In this document: positions 39,032 through 47,267 of the stretch, in pieces
Layout of the letters: every line of letters starts with the position of its first letter
Position numbering within the stretch: the first letter of the stretch is position 1
NCBI GenBank assembly: GCA_963726255.1
Contig: CAVSBL010000002.1
Location: 512,001 to 576,000 of the forward strand
Reading direction: 5' to 3'
Source: Candidatus Bathyarchaeota archaeon
GTDB lineage: Archaea; Thermoproteota; Bathyarchaeia; 40CM-2-53-6
DNA: 64,000 nucleotides
Made by a program: the position numbers and the translations under genes
Notes under the pieces: generated by a model
Database searches by the model: none
Told to the model about the DNA's origin: nothing
What the model saw: only the letters and a program-made list of their open reading frames with translations

Positions 39032-40303
39032 ATGGCACAAGCGATTCTCAAGTCGGAGAAGAAGGGCGATGAACTCGTGGTTCAGCCCGAGGTCAACATC
39101 GGGACTCTCGGGCATGTTGACAATGGCAAGAGTACGCTTGTGCAAGCCCTGACCGGTGTGTGGACCGCCCGGCATTCGGAAGAACTCCGCAGAGGAATTA
39201 CAATTAAAATAGGGTACGCTGACGCCTTCATCTACAAATGCCCGAAATGTCGCGCCCCAAGCAATTACACGACGCGGACCAAGTGCCCGAACTGCGGCAG
39301 CGAAACCAAGTTCGTTCGGGCCGTGAGCTTCGTTGATTGTCCCGGTCACCACAGCCTAATGGTCACAATGCTTTCGGGCTCATCGTTGATGGATGGGGCA
39401 CTGTTCGTGTTAGCTAGCAATGCAAAGTGCCCCCAAGCACAGGATAGGGAGCACCTCCTGGCAGCCGAGAGTGTGGGGATCAGGAACCTGGTAATCGTCC
39501 AGAACAAGATCGACGTTGTGACAAAAGAAAGGGCAATAGAGAACCACAAAGAAATTAGAGCATTCGTGAAAGGAACGATGGCTGAAGAAGCACCAATCAT
39601 ACCAATCTCAGCCCAACATGGAACGAACATCGATGTTATGTTGAAAGAGATTGAGGACCGGATACCGACACCTAAGCGCAACCTCACCGCGCCAGCGCGC
39701 GCATACGTGCTGAGGTCTTTTGAGGTGAACAAACCGGGGACTGAAACAGATGACTTGGTTGGGGGGGTGATCGGAGGCTCAATAATCCAAGGCGCCTTCA
39801 GGGTCGGAGATCAGGTCGAAATTAGACCTGGAATCCTTGTGCAGGAAGGCGGAAAGAGTAGGTACGAACGCTTAGTGACTACAGTTAGGAGCCTCAACGT
39901 TAGCAGAGGCCCGGTACAGGAGGCAAAGAGCGGCGGCTTGGTTGGAATAGGTACCGACCTAGACCCATCTCTTACGAAATCAGACGGCCTCGTCGGAAGC
40001 GTGACTGGAAAAATTGACACACTACCACCCACATTGGGAAGTATTACGCTAGACGTCAAGCTCTTCGAGAAAGTCGTTGGAACGGAACAGGCTGTGCCAG
40101 TGGACAAGATACGAACAAATGAAGCGTTGGTGTTGAACGTAGGAACCACTGTGACATCGGGCCTCGTCACTTCTGCCCGCGAAAACGTAGCGGATGTTAC
40201 TCTCAAGAAACCCGTCTGCGCCGAGGGCGGGGCGAAAGTCGCCATAAGCCGCAGAATAGCTGATAGCTGGCGACTCATTGGTTTTGGAACGCTGAGGGCG
40301 TAG
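39032..40303 (+). CDS. eif2g: Translation initiation factor 2 gamma
   Basis: QPEVNIG, GHVDNGKS, RGITIKIGY, DCPGH, NKID, WRLIG. Confidence 0.97.
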   Translation: MAQAILKSEKKGDELVVQPEVNIGTLGHVDNGKSTLVQALTGVWTARHSEELRRGITIKIGYADAFIYKCPKCRAPSNYTTRTKCPNCGSETKFVRAVSFVDCPGHHSLMVTMLSGSSLMDGALFVLASNAKCPQAQDREHLLAAESVGIRNLVIVQNKIDVVTKERAIENHKEIRAFVKGTMAEEAPIIPISAQHGTNIDVMLKEIEDRIPTPKRNLTAPARAYVLRSFEVNKPGTETDDLVGGVIGGSIIQGAFRVGDQVEIRPGILVQEGGKSRYERLVTTVRSLNVSRGPVQEAKSGGLVGIGTDLDPSLTKSDGLVGSVTGKIDTLPPTLGSITLDVKLFEKVVGTEQAVPVDKIRTNEALVLNVGTTVTSGLVTSARENVADVTLKKPVCAEGGAKVAISRRIADSWRLIGFGTLRA

Positions 40304-40305
40304 AA

Positions 40306-40713
40306 ATGCCCGTAAAGGTTATTCTAGATTCGAATTTCCTTATGATACCGTTCCAATTCAATCTCGATGTCTTCCAGGAAATCGAATTTCTTCTTCAGAA
40401 GAAAGTAGATTTCATTGTCCCTTCAGCTGTTAAGAGTGAGCTGACGGGTATCTCTTCAAGAGGGGGTGAGGGCGCCGCTGAAGCTTCCTTAGCGCTTCAG
40501 CTTGCGTCACGGTGCCGTGTTGTAGAGGTCACTCTTGATCCGGGTGAGACGGTTGATGATGCAATAGTTAAGGCATCGCAAAAACTAGGAGCGGTCGTTG
40601 CGACAACCGACATCGCCCTCAAGAAGAGGCTAAGAGATATTAACATCCCGGTCGTGTACCTGAGAGACAAATCAAAACTAGAAGTCGACGGAATAGAACC
40701 TGCCTACCTGTAA
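40306..40713 (+). CDS. PIN-domain protein (Utp24/Fcf1-like)
   Basis: ILDSNFL, VDD, VATTD; conserved position after eIF2g. Confidence 0.9.
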   Translation: MPVKVILDSNFLMIPFQFNLDVFQEIEFLLQKKVDFIVPSAVKSELTGISSRGGEGAAEASLALQLASRCRVVEVTLDPGETVDDAIVKASQKLGAVVATTDIALKKRLRDINIPVVYLRDKSKLEVDGIEPAYL

Positions 40714-40745
40714 AGGAAATTTGTGGTCGTGTTGAGGTAAGTCAA

Positions 40746-41320
40746 ATGTTTCGATTAGTCACCGTTGAAGATATAGTCAGAATTCCCCCAAAGAGCTTTG
40801 GCCACCCCATCGATAAAGCGGCTAAGGAACAGATCAAGCTGAAGTACGAGAACAGCGTGGATGAAGAACTCGGCTACGTAATCCTCGTCGTTGATGTAGA
40901 TGTTGACCCGGTTGGAAAAATACTTCCGGGTGATGGTTCTACCTACCATAAGGTCAACTTCAAACTCCTTTCCTTCTACCCAGAGATGCATGAGGTTGTG
41001 GAAGGCGAAGTCGTAGAGGTGACCGATTTCGGCGCATTCGTCAGAATCGGCCCCGAGGATGCGTTGCTGCATGTTTCGCAAATTATGGACGATTACATTT
41101 CCTTCGATGAGAAGCACGGCGTGCTCGTCGGTAAAGAGTCTCAAAGAAAACTGGGCAAGGGTGACATGGTTCGCGGTCGGATTATTGCCGTTAGCTTCCC
41201 CGCGGAGGCGCGGGAGGCAAGATAGGTATCACGATGCGTCAACCCTTCCTCGGGAAACTGGATTGGATAGAGGCTGACATCAAGCGAACGAAGGTTGTAC
41301 ATGAGGAGAAGGCCGCTTGA
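40746..41320 (+). CDS. rpoE1: RNA polymerase subunit Rpo7/E' (1-nt frameshift at about 41200)
   Basis: VRIPP, GDG, FGAFV, LLHVSQI; one extra C restores KIGITMRQPFLGKLDWI. Confidence 0.95.
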
Positions 41321-41502
41321 GTGATAAGGCCTGCAAGAACTGCAGGTTCATCAGTAATGGACCAGTATGCCCCAACTGCAAGTCGACCAACCTCAGTGAC
41401 GACTGGACCGGTCTAGTTGTCATCATAGATCCTTCCACCTCTGAGGTCGCGAAGAGGATGGAGATCAAAGGGCCCGGCCGGTATGCCATAAGGGTCCGCT
41501 GA
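41317..41502 (+). CDS. spt4: Transcription elongation factor Spt4 (RpoE'')
   Basis: ACKNC, CPNC, WTG, PGRYAI. Confidence 0.95.
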   Translation: MSDKACKNCRFISNGPVCPNCKSTNLSDDWTGLVVIIDPSTSEVAKRMEIKGPGRYAIRVR

Positions 41503-41538
41503 TATCTTGCGCAGTAGAAGCTGACAAGTGTTTCCTAC

Positions 41539-42057
41539 GTGGCAACACTACTCTTGACCGAAACCCAGAGGGGGTTACTCAAACGACCACTTGGAGAGTT
41601 AATCTCTGGGACACCCACCGAGTGCAACTCCAAACTCATGGAGATTATGGCAAAAGAGAAACCAGTGCGACTGATTCTGGTCGGTGACACCATATCTCGA
41701 AATGCCATCCAAACAGGAATGAAAGCAGACGTAATCATTATCGATCGTATGGAGAAGCGCCAGCAGGCTGTTGAATTCAACTACACAGCAGACAATATCT
41801 TCCGGACACAAAACTCGGCCGGAACAATCGAGTCGGGGGCGTGGAAAGTTATCGAGGAAGCTGTACGGAGAGGGAACAGTATTGTGTACGTGGATGGCGA
41901 AGAGGACTTACTGGCACTCCCCGCTGTCTTGTCTTCGCCGGAAAAGTCCATTGTGGTCTATGGACAGCCGGGCGAGGGAATCGTTCTCGTCAGGGTCTCC
42001 GCTCAAAGTAAGAAACAAGTCAGCAAATTCGTCGAGCAAATGCAGAAGAAAAACTGA
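41539..42057 (+). CDS. GTP-dependent dephospho-CoA kinase (DUF359)
   Basis: LKRPLG, VGD, DGEEDL, YGQPGEG. Confidence 0.92.
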   Translation: MATLLLTETQRGLLKRPLGELISGTPTECNSKLMEIMAKEKPVRLILVGDTISRNAIQTGMKADVIIIDRMEKRQQAVEFNYTADNIFRTQNSAGTIESGAWKVIEEAVRRGNSIVYVDGEEDLLALPAVLSSPEKSIVVYGQPGEGIVLVRVSAQSKKQVSKFVEQMQKKN

Positions 42058-42059
42058 TC

Positions 42060-42275
42060 TTACTTAGTGGCCTTCACAAAGTCGGTAAAGCTACATGAGC
42101 CACATGTCCAACGTTCGACGGGGCTCTTGTGAAACGCCATAATGTTGCCACACCGCGGGCACTTTCGATTCTTGAGTTTGATGGTTCCCTTCTCGGAGTC
42201 AACCTCGTAAAGGGTGTTGAGTCTGCTCTTCGGTTCCTTTTTCTCGCTCACTTTCTCGCTCGCTTTGTCGCTCAC
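42060..42275 (-). CDS. rps27ae: 30S ribosomal protein S27Ae (eS31)
   Basis: CPRCG...MAFH...CGSC. Confidence 0.93.
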   Translation of the reverse strand: MSDKASEKVSEKKEPKSRLNTLYEVDSEKGTIKLKNRKCPRCGNIMAFHKSPVERWTCGSCSFTDFVKATK

Positions 42276-42742
42276 TTCGCTTCGCTCCCTTTGGCCTTCT
42301 TAGGCGCTTCCGCTTTTGCTTCCGGTTTGGGCTTCTCTTCCTTGACCTCTTTGGGTTCTACCTTCGGCGTTTCCGGTTTTGCCTTTTCCGCCTTCGGTTT
42401 CTCAGCCTTGGGCTTTGCTTCTTCTTTCTTGGCTTCCTGTTCCCTTACTTTCTTTCGTTCCTCTGGCGGAAGGTTACGAACTTGAACGTACTTTGGGACC
42501 GTCCGTTGGGCGCTCTGCGGGTCATCGTAAACCTCTACCGCGCACAGGGCGCTCTGTGTGCCAGTTTTCGTTTCAATGTCAAGAACGTAGACGTTCTCCG
42601 GTTTAGTATTGAATTTAGTCGCGATGGCTTTCCTCAAGTCAATCCTTGAAGGGGTACCGGCCGCGTCATGGTCGACTTCTACGCGAACTTCCTTTCGCTT
42701 CAGGAGAGGGTTATACGTGTCTTGCCTAACCTTGAAATCCAA
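42272..42742 (-). CDS. rps24e: 30S ribosomal protein S24e with K/E/P/A-rich tail
   Basis: NPLLKRKE, TPSR. Confidence 0.93.
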   Translation of the reverse strand: MDFKVRQDTYNPLLKRKEVRVEVDHDAAGTPSRIDLRKAIATKFNTKPENVYVLDIETKTGTQSALCAVEVYDDPQSAQRTVPKYVQVRNLPPEERKKVREQEAKKEEAKPKAEKPKAEKAKPETPKVEPKEVKEEKPKPEAKAEAPKKAKGSEAK

Positions 42743-42755
42743 TCATCTACGCCTC

Positions 42756-43232
42756 TTACTTTTTCTTAACTGCCTTCTTTCCTGCCTTTTTTGCATGTGG
42801 TTTCTCTGCGGGCTTCGGGGCGGCTGGTTTGACTGTTTCGGCTGGGGGTTTGGTTTCGGCAGATCGCTTCGGTTCTTCTCCAGCCGCTTGTTTTCTTAGA
42901 GTGAAGTTGATCTGGTAGGTTTCCTCTGTTATTGTTCGCCCGCGCACGAGCTTTCTTCTTCTTTCGCCGTGCCGGGTTTGTCTGAATCCCGGCCCACCGG
43001 TGAGAACGATGTGCTTCTTTACCGCACCATGCACGTCGGGTCTCATTGGAATGCCATTCTTGTCGCATCCTCCGGAAATGAGCATTTTGCTCGAACCGAG
43101 CCCTAAGGCTGATCCATCTATTGTTTCGCCCAGGGAGCGACCGATGAGTGCTTGTGCCCTAGACCCTTCTATTTCGCTTGCGGCAGACTTGCCAGTAGTT
43201 GGGTCAGAGATAATCAGTTTGAACTTTGCCAT
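42756..43232 (-). CDS. rps6e: 30S ribosomal protein S6e with K/A/P-rich tail
   Basis: FKLIISDP, ISGG.DKNG.PMR, GERRRK.VRG. Confidence 0.95.
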   Translation of the reverse strand: MAKFKLIISDPTTGKSAASEIEGSRAQALIGRSLGETIDGSALGLGSSKMLISGGCDKNGIPMRPDVHGAVKKHIVLTGGPGFRQTRHGERRRKLVRGRTITEETYQINFTLRKQAAGEEPKRSAETKPPAETVKPAAPKPAEKPHAKKAGKKAVKKK

Positions 43233-43304
43233 GACGTTGACCTGTCTGAAAGCGCGGAGCGATACTACGCTTTAAGTGCCTTTTATTAACGTTGCCAGAA
43301 TTTC

Positions 43305-43673
43305 CTACTGGGGCATGTGTCCCCGTAAGAACGCTTTCAATTCCGAGATGCTCATGAACCCATGCTCACGCCGTTCTGCACCGCCCGCTTCAAGCCAAAT
43401 GTGCTTAGCCTTTTTGCCTTCGATCCCGCGCAGAAACTCCTCCAATGCCAGCGGCTTCACTGACTGGGGCATTGCGCCAGAGTAAATCATCTCCACCAGC
43501 TTGTCCCTCTCCCCCCGGCCGAGTTTTCCTTGAAACATGAAGTAAGTCATCCGGTCACCGGCGGAGTGCAATATTCCAAAAGTCGTCGCGTCCCTAAGCT
43601 CGACAAGAAGCATCGAGTACTGGTGAATCTCACTTATTATGTGGAGCAGATCGCTCGTGGAGATCATCGTCAA
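43305..43673 (-). CDS. Hypothetical protein
   Basis: 122-aa ORF filling the gap, protein-like composition, no motif recognised. Confidence 0.55.
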   Translation of the reverse strand: MTMISTSDLLHIISEIHQYSMLLVELRDATTFGILHSAGDRMTYFMFQGKLGRGERDKLVEMIYSGAMPQSVKPLALEEFLRGIEGKKAKHIWLEAGGAERREHGFMSISELKAFLRGHMPQ

Positions 43674-43887
43674 TCATTGTCCGGCAACACGACGAAGGTT
43701 CTCAGACTGTGAGCGCTAAAGTGCCTATTCAAGTTTGACAGCCGCGAGTAACGATATTGGACCGGGAACGCTGTTTGCGCTCTGGAGCCTTTCCGGGCCA
43801 ATATGGACTCTTGGCGCGTCACTTTGCGCAGAAACCTTCATAAAAGGCTCACAAGTGTTTACGCTTGGCAAATGTGCGGTGAAGCGA

Positions 43888-44280
43888 ATGCCAAAATCGT
43901 TCTACGTTAAGTTCGAAGTCCCAAAGGAATTGGCCGATAAAGCACTCCAAGTTGTGCAAGTGGCCAAGGATTCTGGAAAAGTCAGAAAAGGAACCAATGA
44001 AAGTACCAAGGCCATTGAACGCGCCGTTGCAAAGCTAGTCCTGATAGCGGAGGATGTTGACCCCCCTCAAGTCGTTGCGCACTTACCGATATTATGCGAT
44101 GAAAGGAAGATACCATTCCTCTTTGTGCCAAGTAAACTTGACTTAGGTCGAGCTGCTGGTATTGACGTTGGCTGTGCCGCGGTTTCAGTTCTCGATGGCG
44201 GTGAAGGTTCTAAGGCTCTGAAGGAAGTGGCAGACGCAACCCAGCAAATCAGAAAGGGCGGAGCCAAAGGTCAGGCATGA
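43888..44280 (+). CDS. rpl7ae: 50S ribosomal protein L7Ae
   Basis: [25 protein letters not shown]. Confidence 0.97.
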   Translation: MPKSFYVKFEVPKELADKALQVVQVAKDSGKVRKGTNESTKAIERAVAKLVLIAEDVDPPQVVAHLPILCDERKIPFLFVPSKLDLGRAAGIDVGCAAVSVLDGGEGSKALKEVADATQQIRKGGAKGQA

Positions 44281-44501
44281 GTACAGCGAAGGAACGCGCT
44301 GAAGAAGCAATCACGCCAGCCGAAGTCACCCAAATCATCGGAAGAACCGGCGTTACTGGGGAAGTGATCCAGGTTCGCGTCCGAATCCTAGAAGGCCGAG
44401 ACAAAGGCCGAGTTATCACGCGGAATATCAAAGGGCCCATCAGAACAGGCGACGTCCTAATGCTCCGCGAAACTGAGAGAGAAGCTAAGAAGATCAGGTA
44501 G
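44277..44501 (+). CDS. rps28e: 30S ribosomal protein S28e
   Basis: [20 protein letters not shown]. Confidence 0.97.
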   Translation: MSTAKERAEEAITPAEVTQIIGRTGVTGEVIQVRVRILEGRDKGRVITRNIKGPIRTGDVLMLRETEREAKKIR

Positions 44502-44518
44502 GGAGACGCGTCTGCGAC

Positions 44519-44713
44519 TTGCCCAGAACATTCACCTGTTCATTTTGCGGAAAAGACTTTCCGCAAGCCACTGGAATTATGTTCGTTCGGAATGACGGCT
44601 CGATTCTGTACTTCTGCTCCTCAAAGTGCAGGAAGAGCCTGATGGTCTACGGAAGAGATCCTAGGAAGCTAAAGTGGACCGTTTACCACGGTAAGAAGGA
44701 ACGAGGCAAGTAA
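44519..44713 (+). CDS. rpl24e: 50S ribosomal protein L24e
   Basis: CSFCG, FCSSKC, PRKLKWT. Confidence 0.97.
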   Translation: MPRTFTCSFCGKDFPQATGIMFVRNDGSILYFCSSKCRKSLMVYGRDPRKLKWTVYHGKKERGK

Positions 44714-44724
44714 GGTAAGGACCC

Positions 44725-45183
44725 TTGCAGACTGAGCAAACCTTCTCATTTCTTAAACCTGAGAGCGTTATGCGAGGCCTCATCGGCGAAATCGTTTCTC
44801 GTTTCGAAAAAAAGGGATTAGTTCTGCTCGGCGCCAAGCTCATTCAAATGTCTTCCGAACAAGCGCAGAAGCTATACGAAGTGCATAAGGGTAAACCGTT
44901 CTTCCAAGAACTTGTGTCCCACGTGACGTCAGGGCCAGTGTTCGCCATGGTTTGGGAAGGACCCAATGCGGTCAGCGTCGTCCGGGGTTTGGTGGGAGCT
45001 ACGAATCCCCTAAATGCTGCGCCCGGCACCGTCAGAGGTGACTTCGCCATTTCAATGACCCCAAATGCCATTCATGCCGCCGACTCGTTGGAGAACGCCA
45101 AACGTGAGATGGCCATTTTCTTCCAGACAAACGAAATCGCAAGATATTCGAAACCGACTGAGAGCCTATTCCTGCTAAAGTAG
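44725..45183 (+). CDS. ndk: Nucleoside diphosphate kinase
   Basis: KPFF, GATNP, PGTVRGDF, NAIH. Confidence 0.96.
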   Translation: MQTEQTFSFLKPESVMRGLIGEIVSRFEKKGLVLLGAKLIQMSSEQAQKLYEVHKGKPFFQELVSHVTSGPVFAMVWEGPNAVSVVRGLVGATNPLNAAPGTVRGDFAISMTPNAIHAADSLENAKREMAIFFQTNEIARYSKPTESLFLLK

Positions 45184-45184
45184 T

Positions 45185-46962
45185 TTAGAAGGCCCACACA
45201 GGATTTTCCTTTCTTTTGATCTGGATCAGTTCCTTAATGGTCTCTTGGTCGCTTTCCCCGAGTTCGGCGGGGAACTTGGTCATCAGGGTTTTCAAATGTC
45301 TCTCTGGAACATCAGCGTACAGTGTATCGCCTTCGGAAACATTACGTCCAACAACGCCATCCTCTATTGAGACAGCAACCTGCACGCCGGCTACGGCTTC
45401 CTGAATATCCTTTCCCTGATCTTGTATTCTCTGCAGTTCCCCCAGCTTCCTACCTGATGATGTAATCATGTGAATTTTCGGCTTCAGCCTGCCAGTTAGT
45501 ACCTCGACGCCCACTATCGCGGGTTTACTCCTTCTGAAAATCATTCCAGTCAAGACTTTCGCTTTACAGGGTCGCACAAGAAGGTCCAGCTCGGCCTTTA
45601 CTCCCGCCGTCCGTTGCTCCTCGCTCCATCTCAGGTAATCTTCAATCATATGATAAATTATGTCGGATTGAAAGATTGGTATCCCTGCGGCCTTGGCTTC
45701 TTGTTCCGCATCTGGTAATATCTTCACATTGAAGGCCAGCACCACTGCCACGAGCCTGTCCTCCTGACCGGCGGCTTCCGCCTCAACAACATCCCTTCTT
45801 GAAACGTCTCCTATGTCGGCTAGCCGGATTTGGACATCATGCCGCGAGAGAGATTCTGTAACGGCTTCAAGCGAACCTAGTGTGTCGGTCTTCAGTATGA
45901 TACCCGACCTTTCCGCCTTGATTCGAAGCTTTTCAACCTCATCTTCAACGATCCGAACATACTCCTTCGCATTTTTTCCCTTCACGACAGCATAAAGTGG
46001 AGAACCAGCAAGCGCGGTCTCTAAGTTAGGCGCCGCGACCTTTACACCCGACGCAGCCGTAACCCTCTTCACACTTGAGAACCGGTCTCGTGGATCCCTG
46101 ATTTCATCTAAGGGCTTGGGAACCAAAATCGCCCGAACTTCAGTGATGATCGGGTGCTCTCGGCCGCCTAACACTATCGTATCATCGACCTTCAAAGACC
46201 CGTCAAATATGATTGCGTTGATCGTTGTCCCGAGGCCGGGCTCATCTCTTACTTCGAGGACGGTGCCTCTTGCTGGTCCAGAAGTAACTTGGAGCTCACT
46301 CGATAAGTATGCCTGAGTCAAGCCTGTTAGTATTGCGAGTAGTTCGGGTATGCCTTCACCGGTCTTTGCGCTCACTGGGACAATCGCTACATTCTCGGTG
46401 AAATCCGAGATCCTGTCAAACCTTTCTGCGCAAAACCAAGCCTTGACAGTGTCCCCATAAGGGTGTATATTCGGTTGTCAATTTCGGTCTGAATTTCGGG
46501 GAACTGAGTCTTGAGGGAAGTTAGGAAAGATGATTCAGGAGCAGACTTCCAGCCTTTTATCGCATCGATTTTGTTCGCTGCCACTATGAACGGTGTCTTT
46601 CGGCTTTTCAGAATGTTTAACGATTCTACGGTTTGAGGTTCGACTCCCTTGGTTAAGTCCACTACAAGGATCGCAATGTCCGCAGCAGAACCGCCCCTTC
46701 TCCTGAGGTTCGAAAAAGTCTCATGTCCAGGGGTGTCGATGAAGAGCAGCCCGGGGACTTTGAGTTCGAAATGAAACTGCTGCAACAACGGGCCGCAGAT
46801 CTCTACGATTGTCTTGCTCGGCAGTAAGCTCGCGCCAATCATTTGCGTTATTTGGCCTGCTTCTCGCTTCGCAACCGTAGTGCCCCGCAGCTTGTCCAGC
46901 AGGGTAGTCTTGCCGTGGTCTACATGACCGAGTACTACGACGATTGGTTGCCGAAGCGTCAT
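45185..46962 (-). CDS. infB: Translation initiation factor IF2/aIF5B (1-nt frameshift at about 46433)
   Basis: LRQPIV, GHVDHGKT, DTPGH, NKID, SAKTGEG; one added base joins the ORFs as GFxAERFDRI. Confidence 0.95.
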
Positions 46963-47030
46963 CCTTCTCACGCTGGTTTCGAACTTTCACGTGTGCTAAA
47001 ACGGAAGTTTCACCCTTAAACTTTGAAAGA

Positions 47031-47057
47031 GGGTCCGTTTTGCCGGAAGGCGGACCC
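47031..47057. other. GC-rich hairpin in the infB/lhr divergent intergenic region
   Basis: GGGTCCGTTTT-GCCGG-AAGGCGGACCC followed by CTTTT. Confidence 0.45.
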
Positions 47058-47267
47058 CTTTTGCCCATAGCATGGGTTTAGGTGTTCCATCTTAGTTATG
47101 GCTGAGGGATTCGTGGGCCACTATTGTCGGACGTTTTGCCGTACGTTTTGCATGTGACAAGACCGGGCTGCAGCGACTTCTGGCGTTTGAGGTCTTGTTA
47201 GACCACAGAAAACATCGCTGTGCTTTTTACACCCGGCAGGTTAGGTTGCTCAGGCGTCGCGTTCGCA

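Noticed and set aside
42290-42450. Tandem-repeat-like DNA in rps24e
   Set aside because: Explained by a low-complexity KPKAE protein tail; not a CRISPR or DNA repeat array.
43758-43803. H/ACA-like hairpin upstream of rpl7ae
   Set aside because: A hairpin is possible but there is no clear K-turn, pseudouridylation pocket or ACA box.
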